The notes beneath the pieces are model-generated. The model had not been told where the DNA came from. It saw nothing but the letters and a program-made list of their open reading frames with translations, and ran no database searches. The translations under genes were made by a program, and so were the position numbers. 64,000 nucleotides of DNA, from positions 4,162 to 68,161 of IMG/VR virus record IMGVR_UViG_3300037721_000043, one strand, 5' to 3'. Below, piece after piece: positions 1-10,141 of this stretch (the stretch's first letter is position 1; every line of letters starts with the position of its first letter). This DNA comes from a virus. Its lineage: Duplodnaviria > Caudoviricetes.

Positions 1-677
1 ACGTCGCCAGGGGATTCGATGGCACTAAGCGTCTTGACTGTGCCTTTGGTGTATTCCTCGAACTCCTCGCGTTCTTTATCAGCCTTTTGAAGCAGGGATA
101 ACTTTTTATCTATTTGCTCCTTCTGGAATGCTTCTGGTTTTTTGATTTGCTCTTGGATGTACTCACGGGCTTCTTTATCACCAATGCCAAGAGCCTCCAG
201 GTATTTACCCTCCGATACCTTCTTACGGAATAGGGAATTAGCGGCCTCATTAATAGACTTGAGGTCGTTCACATCTTTATCTGTGTACGGAGTTGTACGG
301 GTACCGGCGGCCTGGGCGGTAAAGAATGATTTTGGAAGGATGTCTTTTACTAACCCAGAGGCGCCTTTGTATGCGCTCTTAAAGAACCCGTCTTTCGACG
401 ATGTACTTTTTGGCGAACTCTCGTTTGAAGGTAGCTTTGGCGGCCACGTATGCGCGCCAAAGTCGTCCGAACCAGCTGAGGTAGATTCTTTTTTTTTTGG
501 AGACTCTGTCTCCTGTGGTTTATCTAAATCCTCAAATGGCTTGTTAGGGTCAAATGCGGGCTTATTCTTTGGCTTTGGATCTTCTCTAATGGGCACTATT
601 TTAGCCTCAGGCGCATCAACTGGCTCAGATGGCTTATTCGGATCAAACTTTGGCTTCTCTTGTGGTAAATCAGTCAT
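1..677 (-). CDS. Large virion/ejection protein, N-terminal part (runs off window start)
   Basis: Not in ORF track. Manual translation from ATG at 677 (MTDLPQEKPKFDPNKPSEP...) stays open to base 1. Two FDPNKP motifs; follows two other putative ejection genes. Confidence 0.7.
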   Translation of the reverse strand, partial: MTDLPQEKPKFDPNKPSEPVDAPEAKIVPIREDPKPKNKPAFDPNKPFEDLDKPQETESPKKKESTSAGSDDFGAHTWPPKLPSNESSPKSTSSKDGFFKSAYKGASGLVKDILPKSFFTAQAAGTRTTPYTDKDVNDLKSINEAANSLFRKKVSEGKYLEALGIGDKEAREYIQEQIKKPEAFQKEQIDKKLSLLQKADKEREEFEEYTKGTVKTLSAIESPGD

Positions 678-680
678 GTC

Positions 681-2588
681 TTACTCGTATTTGCCAGTAT
701 CTTCATTCCATGTGTACGTGAATCCACCCTGAGCCCTATTGCTAGGCTGTCCAGAAGGCAGCGGAAATTTAGCTTTTTTCTTTGTCTCTGGCACGGCCGG
801 AGTAGGAGTGTTTTGGACTGCAGCAGTCTTCTCACGGTATACTGCCTGATACGCATCATCAAACCGGCGCATATCATCACTCCACTTGTTACGGTCTTTC
901 AGGTTCAATCCGTTGGTGATGTTGTTGATCTTATCCAAATCAGCCTGATCCGCACGGATGAGCTGATCAGATCGAATGGTGGTAATACCACTGCTCGCCG
1001 CGGCGTTCAGAATGTCCTCATCACTCAGGTCGCCATTGTTTAGCTTCTCCTTGAGCTCATTGATAGAATTTAGCTGCTCGTTGAGCTGCCCCAGTTTCTC
1101 TTTGTCTCCGACCTTTGTCGCCGCACCGATCTGGGTGGCTAAATCGTAGGAGTTGTTTTTGATGTCACCGAGCATTCTGGTCTTGTCAAGCACATACCCG
1201 CTCAGCGCAACCCTGGGGGCAGGCTCGAGGTTGTTGAATTCCTTGGTAGGCAGCGCGCGCAGCTTCTCAATCAAAGCGTCTGTGCTCTCTGCCTGAATAG
1301 GATATGGGCTGCCGTCTTTTTTATATACCTGCAGTTGATACCCGGTAAGGTTGAAAGGCTGCTTGCCGACCACCTGGGACTTCCTGCCGGAGGTTACCAA
1401 GTAAGCGTTCCGCGACTCAGCATCGAACGTGATAGGCTTACCGGTAGTTGTCCCCTTGCTTATCATTAATACGCCGCCGGGGCCAGCTAATGACCCCTTC
1501 TGGCGCCGCATGGCCCCGGTGTGTGCCGCCTGCTCGCCGTCGGCCGGTACATCGTACTCCGTGGCTGTATTGAAATATGTTGGAGAATACGCGATCGCGT
1601 CGTTTTTGTACATCCCACCGGTAGCCTTCTGATCGGTCTTTGTTTCCACCGACACTTTTGTCTGTATGGTAGCCGCATCCTTTAAGTCCTGTTTGGCCAT
1701 CTCCCGTTTCCGAATACCGAAGTCCTGGCTATTGATGATGTTCTTTTTTGGGTTAGTGATGAGCTCATTCATCACATCTTCATCAGACTTATCCTTCATC
1801 CAGGCTGCCCGGCTGTCGCCGCTGGCTCGCATGGACTTTATCTCCTCCTGTAGCTGATTGTCCAGTCTCCAAGTGTACTTTTGATCAACCCGGCCCTCAT
1901 CATCACTCTTAATGTACATGATGGCGTGTTCGTCGGTCACTTCTGGTTTACCTGTTTTAGGGTTCACAAAAGGCGATGAACTTCCCTCCATCTTGGCCGC
2001 GAACGGGCTTCCGGAGCTTACCTCTTTTTGCTTCTGGCCAAACGTATTGACCCAATCCGCCAGATACTCACGGTCTTTAAAGGACTGTGGGTTTTTGCCA
2101 CCTATTACTTTGTATGCATTCTCAAGTCTATCCCCCCGATCTATAAAATTAATATCATGCTCCTCACCAAAGGCCGCATCACTCCAGTATTTCTTATCGA
2201 CACCAGGCTCGTAGTATTTGTCTTTCTTGGCCCGTTCATCAATGATCGAATCGCCGCGTTTGAATAGCTCATCCTGCCGGCGGCGCTCCTGGCTTTGTGT
2301 CTCAAGCTCATCGGCCAGGCTCTTGGCGCCTTGTATCTTATGGCCATCCTTCTCCTTCATCCCTTCCTTCATCATGGATGTAACAGCCTTAGCCCCTTCC
2401 TCAAAGTAGATATTATCGTTCTCGAATGTACCTTTATTGATCGTGTACTTGTATTCGTCGATCTTCCGCTGTTTTGCTTTTTTATTTGCCGCGATGCTGC
2501 CGAACAATCCGACAAGGGCTTTTGATGCGCTCGCTAACGGATTGACAGCCTCAGGTACAGGTGCTTCGTAAAATTCGCGGTATGCCAC
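681..2588 (-). CDS. Putative internal virion (ejection) protein, 635 aa
   Basis: Long charged/helical ORF downstream of tail genes, in the position of ejection proteins in podovirus and crAss-like genomes. Function inferred from context. Confidence 0.5.
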   Translation of the reverse strand: MAYREFYEAPVPEAVNPLASASKALVGLFGSIAANKKAKQRKIDEYKYTINKGTFENDNIYFEEGAKAVTSMMKEGMKEKDGHKIQGAKSLADELETQSQERRRQDELFKRGDSIIDERAKKDKYYEPGVDKKYWSDAAFGEEHDINFIDRGDRLENAYKVIGGKNPQSFKDREYLADWVNTFGQKQKEVSSGSPFAAKMEGSSSPFVNPKTGKPEVTDEHAIMYIKSDDEGRVDQKYTWRLDNQLQEEIKSMRASGDSRAAWMKDKSDEDVMNELITNPKKNIINSQDFGIRKREMAKQDLKDAATIQTKVSVETKTDQKATGGMYKNDAIAYSPTYFNTATEYDVPADGEQAAHTGAMRRQKGSLAGPGGVLMISKGTTTGKPITFDAESRNAYLVTSGRKSQVVGKQPFNLTGYQLQVYKKDGSPYPIQAESTDALIEKLRALPTKEFNNLEPAPRVALSGYVLDKTRMLGDIKNNSYDLATQIGAATKVGDKEKLGQLNEQLNSINELKEKLNNGDLSDEDILNAAASSGITTIRSDQLIRADQADLDKINNITNGLNLKDRNKWSDDMRRFDDAYQAVYREKTAAVQNTPTPAVPETKKKAKFPLPSGQPSNRAQGGFTYTWNEDTGKYE

Positions 2589-2591
2589 TGA

Positions 2592-3473
2592 TTACTTGTT
2601 TTTGAGTGAGTCGATCTGTTCTTGCATCATGTTCATGATGGCTTGTTGATCTTGTATGGCCTTAATGAGAACCGGCACAATCTCATTGTAGTTAATCGAC
2701 ATGATTGTTTGAGTGCCTTCGCCAGTCATTACCTCTACATCAACTACAGACTCAGGCACTATCTCGTCGGTTTCCTGAGCTATTAGGCCTACATGGTTAA
2801 TATTAGATCCTATGTACTTGTACTCCACCACGTTCATCTTCATAACATCGGATAGGCCGTACTTAGTCGCCTTAATATCTTCCTTGGTTCTCTCATCCGA
2901 GATCACTGATCCAAGCATACCAAATAACCCGCCAGAGCCACCACCCTCACCATTTCCGCTACCGCCCTGATCTGACGTCCCCTGAGTCGCCGCAGATCCC
3001 CCTACAGCAATAGCTACCCCGGTAAATGAGTCAGTGATCATCTGAGATCGGCGCAATTTTTCATTGGCCCGCTGCAGTTTTTGCTGATATGGCATATTCA
3101 CGTTATAATTCCACGCCTTATCCTTCTCATCGATCATGGCATTGTTGGCCGCATATAAATTTTGTAGCTTACCTTGTTGCATGCTAGCCTCATCCTGTGC
3201 AAGACCACGGAGTTGTCCAGTTTTATTCGCATTAATGGCAGCTATTGTGCTGAGTAACGATGAGGTGCTGCCAGAGATGTCTTTAGCCATAGCAGCTGAG
3301 TTTGCTGCCTCTTGGTTAATATTCTCCTCCTGCATCTGGATAGATCTATCCCTGCCATATGCTTGCGATCTAGCAGACGATTGGGTCTGCGCTGCCTCAT
3401 CCGGAATCTCGTATTTTGGCCGATTCTTAATGGTATTCCTGATCTCCTTCTTAGCCTTTCTCGATCCAAACAT
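2592..3473 (-). CDS. Pilot-like virion protein with C-terminal peptidase S74 (intramolecular chaperone) domain
   Basis: SDERTKEDI...GLIAQE...SINYNEIVPVLIKAIQDQQ matches the S74 pattern. N-terminal part is Q/A-rich and helical, followed by a Gly-rich linker. Confidence 0.7.
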   Translation of the reverse strand: MFGSRKAKKEIRNTIKNRPKYEIPDEAAQTQSSARSQAYGRDRSIQMQEENINQEAANSAAMAKDISGSTSSLLSTIAAINANKTGQLRGLAQDEASMQQGKLQNLYAANNAMIDEKDKAWNYNVNMPYQQKLQRANEKLRRSQMITDSFTGVAIAVGGSAATQGTSDQGGSGNGEGGGSGGLFGMLGSVISDERTKEDIKATKYGLSDVMKMNVVEYKYIGSNINHVGLIAQETDEIVPESVVDVEVMTGEGTQTIMSINYNEIVPVLIKAIQDQQAIMNMMQEQIDSLKNK

Positions 3474-3491
3474 AATTTCCTCGTTTAGTTG

Positions 3492-6400
3492 CTAATTTAC
3501 AGGATTTTTAGGCGATTCTATATAGCCAGCTGAAACATAGTGCAGTAGGCTTCTATGGATAACATCTGGAGCTAAAGTAAGCAGCACTTGGATGGCCTTG
3601 CTCCTCATTTTTTGCCCTTCAATTATCGGGTTCACTGTGTTTGGTGTATTCTCATCGTTCTGCATCGGTGCCCAGTACGTATCCTCCTGATCCTCAAACA
3701 TCGTCAGTGGTATGTTCGACTGTTGAATGGTTTTTTGCCCTCTGTACTCACTGATAATCCTTTCCGCCATCCATGGGTCAGTTGCTACTACTGCAAGAGT
3801 CTGCCATGATTTGACCATTATCTGAAGTGGATTGAACACTGGCTCAATCTTAACAGGATATTTCACACCGTAGAATGTGCCATAATCGGGACCGCGCTCA
3901 TGTAGAAATACATTTCCATTAACAAAGCCTATAAACAAATTACCAATCTTAGCGAACCTCTCCGGATTATAACTATGACATCCTTTCCACCGAGTGTCAG
4001 CCTCACTGAATATTGTGCCTTTATAATCTGAATACCCTCTAAAAGATTCCGGCAGCGAGCTGTGGTCAATTCTGGTTACCAGTTCATCGTTGAATGGATC
4101 AAATTCACTAATCACTCGAGGTATCTCATCGGTTATGTACTTGGTCATCAGGAGATCTCCAATTTCCTTAAACCAGTTCCTCATTTTATTATCCGATATT
4201 GCCGTTAACCCATCACGACTGTATCTGATCCAGCTTCCATTAATTGCATCCCAATAATAAACTCGGCCGCGCTTTTTGCTTATACTTTCCGGATTAAGAG
4301 TTCCGAAACTTCCGACCAGCGCATTGAAGCTGCCCAGCACTTTATTGCTCAAAGCAATCTGGGTGTTACCGCTAAGATCCTCTATTGTTGTCCTGTTGAC
4401 ATATATGCTCCACGTCTCTCGTTCTCCAATAGCTAAGAATATAGATCCAACAGATTCGACCTGGGCATTAGTAACGTTTACAAGATCCCGTATCCTTCCG
4501 TATTCTGATGGGTATATGAATTGGTCTTCCTCCCGGAAATTATTGAGGTTGTTAACAAAAGACTCCTCGATAATTTTACCACCAAATCTGACCTGTGTCG
4601 GCTTGAATTTAGCTATTGGATAATTCGAGTATGAAATGCTAGGCCGGCCATTGCCACGGTCCCAGTATCCATATGTCTGACTTCTTAAATTAGTCATGCA
4701 TGGCGAGTTAACTGTTTTCACTTGGCCGCCACCTAACCCCAGATCCCGGTAGTTGGTCTTGCCCATCATTGTACAGTCACCAAGGGAGAAAGGTATCCTG
4801 CTGTACACACGTACAGCCCCATACTCAATACATGTGATGCCGTCGTTATTGGTGTATGTCCAGTCACTTTTTGACCACGTCCTTTGATTTGTTCCCGGGA
4901 ACAATATAGGATACCATTCTCCTGTCTCATAGAATATGTAGTCCGCAGAGTCTGAATCCTTTGGCGTGTACACCTCTATCGTGGCATCCTCTAAAATAAA
5001 ATTAGATCCATTCGATGTAGCGACCCATGCAAGATCATCTGGTTTTTTGCAAATAATAGCCTTCCCGGTAAACTCTAAAATGAGTTCGTCATAAACAGCT
5101 TTTTGCTCCTCCGTCGGATTTACCACTGCGCTACCGACAAATCTTACCCTATCTCCATGTCGGAAATTATAAAAGAGATTATTCATCGGATTATCGACTA
5201 ATCCACTTGCATCTTTTTTACTGGCGTTGTACCAGTTATTAATGTCGAAGTATAGGCGACTTCCATTAGCCATAACGGTAGCCTGAATAGTCTCACGCAT
5301 TTGCATGACCAACTTTGGCGCTATCTTATTCGATAGTAAATACCTATTAAGACTTTTATCCCTATTGGGACTGGTGTCAAAGAAATATTTACCGGCACTA
5401 TCTCTTGTCACCAATCCATTACCTACAAATGGATTTATCCTAGCACTTTGTACTTCATCAACTTTCTGGCTGAATTCATACCCCTCAACTATCCCAGAAT
5501 TCTCAAAATGTTGAGATATTCTGTTTTTCATGTCCTGAGACAAAGTAGTTACGTCATTTAATGCGGCCGCGACATTATCAATGAGCACGGTGGCCTTATT
5601 AAATAAACCGAACATGAAGTAGTCTATGTTCAAACAATTAGTCCTGACAATCTGGTAGGACACTGCCCATTTAGGTGGAATAAAATTTGGGCTTAGTTTG
5701 AACGTCAGGCCATACCCACCTTCCTCTACTTTCTTTTCATTAGGGACAAGGTAAGACCATTCATCGTTGGTATATGTACCGCTGACACGGCCTTTGCTGT
5801 CTGAGAATACTATTCCTACTTTATACCTTCCTCTTGATTTAAATGTATGGTCAGTTATAGAATTTCTTTTAGCTAATTCCTGAGCATCAAGCGCACTCAT
5901 GCCAGTGAATGCAGGTATTACCAAATTCCAGTTATCATTGGTGGTAATCATACTTCTCCTGACGACTCCTATATTCGTCACGATAGGCCTAATCGATGGT
6001 TCGTCCTCATCAAGACAGTCTCCAAATACAAATCTGTTATCAATAGAGTCGACGGTTCCAGCCAGTAACGGTACGGTATCGAAAAGTTGGTAGAAGTCAA
6101 TTTCAGATATCGGGGTTGAATTGGCCTCCCCATAAAAACGTACTACGTTGTCAAACGTACCCCTATTATCAAGAGTTTTGAATAGTCTCCACAGATCTGT
6201 TTCCCCCTCTCGGTACACAATTTCTATGGCCTGTACCGCAGCCACAAATTTAGGGTCAGAGTGATTGAAATAGTTGTACTGACTACCGCTGTCCGGGTTA
6301 TTGTACAATATCCCTGGTATAAATAGTTCTATTGCCGTTATTGATGGAGGGGCGATGTTTGTACCGCTTGATAGTGTCGGCTTGTTGTTAGCCACACTTG

Positions 6401-7517
6401 TCGGGCTAAACCTTGATTTTAGGTTACCTTTATATACATATCGATATGCCCATTGATACACTTTACCCTCAATCTTAGCCCTATTATTTGTGACGCCATC
6501 GTAGTATGCTCTTGTGATCGGCGGCATCGTCGGAGCCCACTTATGGAAACTGATGTGAAACTCTCTAAATTCAGCATCACCAAGAGCAATAAAAAGTTCT
6601 CCTATTTCGTCTGTATTGATAAGTCTTGGTGTATTTATCCTGTCTGTAAAAGCCATCCAGTTGTCTAGTTTCGCGAACTTAACAAATGAATTTTCCTCGA
6701 ATTTTAGCCCAGTCCATCGCAATAGTTCAAATACAACGTTCTGCAGTGGATCGAAATATCGGATAGAGTGGTTACCCGATGAATTATACACCGCGTAATA
6801 CTCTCGCTGAAATTCAACATCCTCGAATATCCCTATCGTCCGTTCATCACCATCTGGCTTACTGGAAAGTGAATACCCATTGATTCTGAAATACTCAAGA
6901 TCCAGGTGCGTTGGGCCCCCTGCGATGCCTTCCAGTCTAATGCCAACTCCAGTACAGTTCTCTGGTAATGATAGTGTTAATGTTTTTTCCTCGTATGTAT
7001 TTACGCCATCAGAGTTAATCTTCACGCTGGATAATACGGATGATCCATTCATGAATACCGCAGACAAACTTACTCCTGACGTAAATCCTTCTATTATTTG
7101 ATACCTAAAGCTAATTGTGACTTTATTGTCGTATGAACCAACAGGCTGATACATTACATTGCTGACAATAGCACCGCTAAGAGCTCCGATTATGATTGCC
7201 CTGTTAGTGCTATACAGCCATGGAGTAGAGCCGGCTGTATGAAGCCATGGGGCAAGTGACCCAACGAAATCCGGGTTAGTAACCAGAGACCCATAGGTTA
7301 TATAATCTGTTACTTCTGAAGTATCTTTTATATGCTCTCCATCCCCAAAAGAGTCAAATCGGCTGGACCCTATTCGCATGTTCAGAGCATATTTATAATC
7401 TCCAACTTGAAACAATGAGTTGCCAGACTCACTGCCTGGGGCTGGAGTTATAATGCTGTCATCCTGATTCATACCGCCAGAGGGTGTGAACATTGATTGC
7501 TCGTTCTGGTCAGCCAT
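3492..7517 (-). CDS. Tail stabilisation/muzzle-like protein (P22 gp10/crAss-like), 1341 aa
   Basis: Size, beta-rich composition, C-terminal ...GQKMRSKAIQVLL...S motif and position after ring proteins. Confidence 0.65.
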   Translation of the reverse strand: MADQNEQSMFTPSGGMNQDDSIITPAPGSESGNSLFQVGDYKYALNMRIGSSRFDSFGDGEHIKDTSEVTDYITYGSLVTNPDFVGSLAPWLHTAGSTPWLYSTNRAIIIGALSGAIVSNVMYQPVGSYDNKVTISFRYQIIEGFTSGVSLSAVFMNGSSVLSSVKINSDGVNTYEEKTLTLSLPENCTGVGIRLEGIAGGPTHLDLEYFRINGYSLSSKPDGDERTIGIFEDVEFQREYYAVYNSSGNHSIRYFDPLQNVVFELLRWTGLKFEENSFVKFAKLDNWMAFTDRINTPRLINTDEIGELFIALGDAEFREFHISFHKWAPTMPPITRAYYDGVTNNRAKIEGKVYQWAYRYVYKGNLKSRFSPTSVANNKPTLSSGTNIAPPSITAIELFIPGILYNNPDSGSQYNYFNHSDPKFVAAVQAIEIVYREGETDLWRLFKTLDNRGTFDNVVRFYGEANSTPISEIDFYQLFDTVPLLAGTVDSIDNRFVFGDCLDEDEPSIRPIVTNIGVVRRSMITTNDNWNLVIPAFTGMSALDAQELAKRNSITDHTFKSRGRYKVGIVFSDSKGRVSGTYTNDEWSYLVPNEKKVEEGGYGLTFKLSPNFIPPKWAVSYQIVRTNCLNIDYFMFGLFNKATVLIDNVAAALNDVTTLSQDMKNRISQHFENSGIVEGYEFSQKVDEVQSARINPFVGNGLVTRDSAGKYFFDTSPNRDKSLNRYLLSNKIAPKLVMQMRETIQATVMANGSRLYFDINNWYNASKKDASGLVDNPMNNLFYNFRHGDRVRFVGSAVVNPTEEQKAVYDELILEFTGKAIICKKPDDLAWVATSNGSNFILEDATIEVYTPKDSDSADYIFYETGEWYPILFPGTNQRTWSKSDWTYTNNDGITCIEYGAVRVYSRIPFSLGDCTMMGKTNYRDLGLGGGQVKTVNSPCMTNLRSQTYGYWDRGNGRPSISYSNYPIAKFKPTQVRFGGKIIEESFVNNLNNFREEDQFIYPSEYGRIRDLVNVTNAQVESVGSIFLAIGERETWSIYVNRTTIEDLSGNTQIALSNKVLGSFNALVGSFGTLNPESISKKRGRVYYWDAINGSWIRYSRDGLTAISDNKMRNWFKEIGDLLMTKYITDEIPRVISEFDPFNDELVTRIDHSSLPESFRGYSDYKGTIFSEADTRWKGCHSYNPERFAKIGNLFIGFVNGNVFLHERGPDYGTFYGVKYPVKIEPVFNPLQIMVKSWQTLAVVATDPWMAERIISEYRGQKTIQQSNIPLTMFEDQEDTYWAPMQNDENTPNTVNPIIEGQKMRSKAIQVLLTLAPDVIHRSLLHYVSAGYIESPKNPVN

Positions 7518-8287
7518 TATATCTTAGGCGTTAAGCGTGTGTTCTTGCGGCTAATATTTATCAGGTCCTTGGGAGTAAGATCATTAAATCTTGCTCGCAC
7601 TTTCACTTCAGCAAAATACAGATCAGTCCCCTTCCTTCGTATGCTGGACTCCGTTGCTTTCGGGTTATTCTTCTCCTCAAATTTGAAGTCCATGAACTTG
7701 ATCAAGTAGTCTTTCATGTACGGATGCACGACGGTCTCTCCACAAGGATCGAATCCATTGGTGATGTACTCTACATATACCTTTTGAGGGGCGTGGCTGT
7801 AGTCCAGCAGGAGCTCTTTAAAAGCACCTTTGTCGTGTAGTTTAAAATACCCTTTGCTTGGAAGGCCGCCTCCGATACCCCAAACCGAAGCGCCATTGTA
7901 GTTGAAGAAATAGTATCCTCCGTAATCTGTGAAGTCAATTCCATTGGGCATGTTCTGGCTAAGCATACCTCTCACCAAGTCGTTCCTGTTTAAAGATCTG
8001 TTGTCTGACCGTAGATCATCATTGACTCCCATTGTGATGCAGTACTGACCATATGGTATTCCTACCTTAACCCAATCAACAAAATCAGGAGGCAATATAA
8101 CCGTCCTCACCGCGGTTACATCAAATAGGCATGTCTTTACATCCTGCCACACGTCCATCTTAATCTCCTCAAGGCCACGGATGGCCCACTTCAGAGACTT
8201 ATTGAACCAGTGCTCAGTGAGGTCGTTATCATCGATGAAATCATCTACGATCGCGGAGACTTTGTAATATCTTGATTCATCTGCCAT
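7517..8287 (-). CDS. Tail ring/adaptor protein
   Basis: 256 aa, one of three tandem 220-260 aa genes before the stabiliser. N-terminal helical pair plus beta core typical of crAss-like ring proteins. Confidence 0.55.
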   Translation of the reverse strand: MADESRYYKVSAIVDDFIDDNDLTEHWFNKSLKWAIRGLEEIKMDVWQDVKTCLFDVTAVRTVILPPDFVDWVKVGIPYGQYCITMGVNDDLRSDNRSLNRNDLVRGMLSQNMPNGIDFTDYGGYYFFNYNGASVWGIGGGLPSKGYFKLHDKGAFKELLLDYSHAPQKVYVEYITNGFDPCGETVVHPYMKDYLIKFMDFKFEEKNNPKATESSIRRKGTDLYFAEVKVRARFNDLTPKDLINISRKNTRLTPKI

Positions 8288-8940
8288 TATGCGTTATCAT
8301 TTGAGTCCCTTACCCTGTCGGTCGGCTGTTCACGGCGTGACCGGAACCAGGCGACTAAAATCATAATCAACGCTTTCTGTTTGTCGGCAGGAATTGGATA
8401 GACCTCGTCATATCCTATCTGGGATGAGTCCCTGATCACCAGCGATACACCAAATTTCTCTCCGTATTTCTTTGATACGTTGGACTCCCCAAAAACAAAT
8501 CTACGGCCTTTCGGATATCCGAATAAGCGCCCCTGCATGTTACCGGCCTTGTTGTTCTGATACGATCTCAAATCACGGTGCGAGGTAATCACTACCGACT
8601 GATTGTACTCCCCGCGCTCCAACGGCCATATCTCATCGATGCCACGGTTCCTTGGCAGATCAACCCACGCCGCCGGCAGATCAAGATAGCTAGGCTGCCC
8701 ATTAGCTACATCCACTACCGTTAGCGCATTGTCGTCATCCCACCTGGTTAGGAACTGCTCATCCAGGTTGGCGCTTGAGAACTTCCAGTTGTCAAAAAAG
8801 CTAGTCCTGGCCATTTGATTGACCTCGGCATCCATCCGGTTAAAAACCTCCCGTTCATCGATCTTGAAATCGATATTAGGCTTATCGTTCTGCAACTCAA
8901 TGAGCACCTGTTGGGCGAACCATCTCTTGCTTCCTATCAT
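8287..8940 (-). CDS. Tail ring/adaptor protein
   Basis: 217 aa, tandem with neighbours; YLDLP...YPIP...I..LV pattern. Confidence 0.5.
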   Translation of the reverse strand: MIGSKRWFAQQVLIELQNDKPNIDFKIDEREVFNRMDAEVNQMARTSFFDNWKFSSANLDEQFLTRWDDDNALTVVDVANGQPSYLDLPAAWVDLPRNRGIDEIWPLERGEYNQSVVITSHRDLRSYQNNKAGNMQGRLFGYPKGRRFVFGESNVSKKYGEKFGVSLVIRDSSQIGYDEVYPIPADKQKALIMILVAWFRSRREQPTDRVRDSNDNA

Positions 8941-9620
8941 ACGCCAGAGGCCTCCTGAACCATCGCCATTTGGGTTACTGTACTCATGTCAATATTCATC
9001 CCGGCGTACTTACATATGCGCCAGCAGATCTCAGTGTGCATGCTACGATCGACCTCAAAATTATGACTTATTATTCCAGTCACCCCAGGCACGTTTGTGG
9101 AGTTGTATACAGGAGATCCGCTAACCATCGTGTAGTCCCAGTTAGGATCTTGTGGGTATCTTAAATATGTCCATAGCACATCAACCGCGCTAGGATCAAT
9201 CCGTATTTTATCGCCATAGAATACAGCCACTGGATGAAGATCATCAGGTGGATATATGAGGCTTTGTTTAACGTCAGCATATTGGTCGGTGTCGATGATG
9301 TCGATAGGGATGTAGTCATCCGTCTGTATCGAATCAATGTAAAAATAATCTTCTGGGTAGTCTGCTAGCCCAGCGGTGAGAGTTAAAGCTACGGGGCCGT
9401 TAATCAGCTCCCGTAGCTCATTCTTAACCTTTGCGTCAATTTTGTATCCATATTGAGGCACCATCCGCTGATCAAGCTTTTTAACATTGGTCAGGCGATC
9501 GGAAATAGCTTCAATCTGAGCCACAATAGCCCAGTTATTGAAGTCAGACGGCTTCACATAGCCACGCTGGTTCTTGTTTACGATCGAGTTAACGAGACGG
9601 TATGCCTGATCTATGTTCAT
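8937..9620 (-). CDS. Head-tail adaptor/ring protein (P22 gp4-like)
   Basis: NKNQRGYV.PSDFN.WA..AQ N-terminus and YLRYP..P.W.Y motif resemble crAss-like ring protein 1. Confidence 0.6.
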   Translation of the reverse strand: MNIDQAYRLVNSIVNKNQRGYVKPSDFNNWAIVAQIEAISDRLTNVKKLDQRMVPQYGYKIDAKVKNELRELINGPVALTLTAGLADYPEDYFYIDSIQTDDYIPIDIIDTDQYADVKQSLIYPPDDLHPVAVFYGDKIRIDPSAVDVLWTYLRYPQDPNWDYTMVSGSPVYNSTNVPGVTGIISHNFEVDRSMHTEICWRICKYAGMNIDMSTVTQMAMVQEASGV

Positions 9621-10108
9621 TTTTGCACTTGGTTGCTGCGCTCATACAGCTTATTAAGAGTCTCTTCATCTGGGTCCTCAGGCAGGATGAAAGGAGAAAA
9701 CACTCTCCACCAGTTAAAGTCCATATCGTCCGGTATGTCTGTAGTGAGATGAGGCTCGATCTCAACGACTGTCTGAAGATACTCCTTTTTCTCCTTACCG
9801 GCCTTCAGAAGCGCGTCTGTCGTGAACTTGAATCTGGTGGACTCTTCCTCTCGGACATCACCGTTCAGCGATCTCGTTTTGACCGGCGATTTCTCTGTGA
9901 CCGCATACCCGTCCTTGTCTTTTGAACAATACTTGATATCAATCTCCCGCTCTGTCTCCGACGCCTCATCCTCGATGTGTTTTGTCTTCCCGTACATCTT
10001 TGTCAATGCGTACAGAAATGGTCTAAATTGAGCGGAGTGTGTAGCCATGTACCGCTCCTGATTTCGTCGAAAATTCAATACCTTTTCAATAGTGACTTGA
10101 ACTGCCAT
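9617..10108 (-). CDS. Hypothetical protein, possibly fibre assembly chaperone
   Basis: 163 aa charged ORF, translationally coupled to the adaptor gene. Confidence 0.4.
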   Translation of the reverse strand: MAVQVTIEKVLNFRRNQERYMATHSAQFRPFLYALTKMYGKTKHIEDEASETEREIDIKYCSKDKDGYAVTEKSPVKTRSLNGDVREEESTRFKFTTDALLKAGKEKKEYLQTVVEIEPHLTTDIPDDMDFNWWRVFSPFILPEDPDEETLNKLYERSNQVQK

Positions 10109-10141
10109 AAATTTGTTTAGTTAATAACCAAAATTAGACAA

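Noticed and set aside
142-732. 196-aa plus-strand ORF
   Set aside because: Antisense shadow (S/F/L/G-rich) of the real minus-strand gene 1-677.
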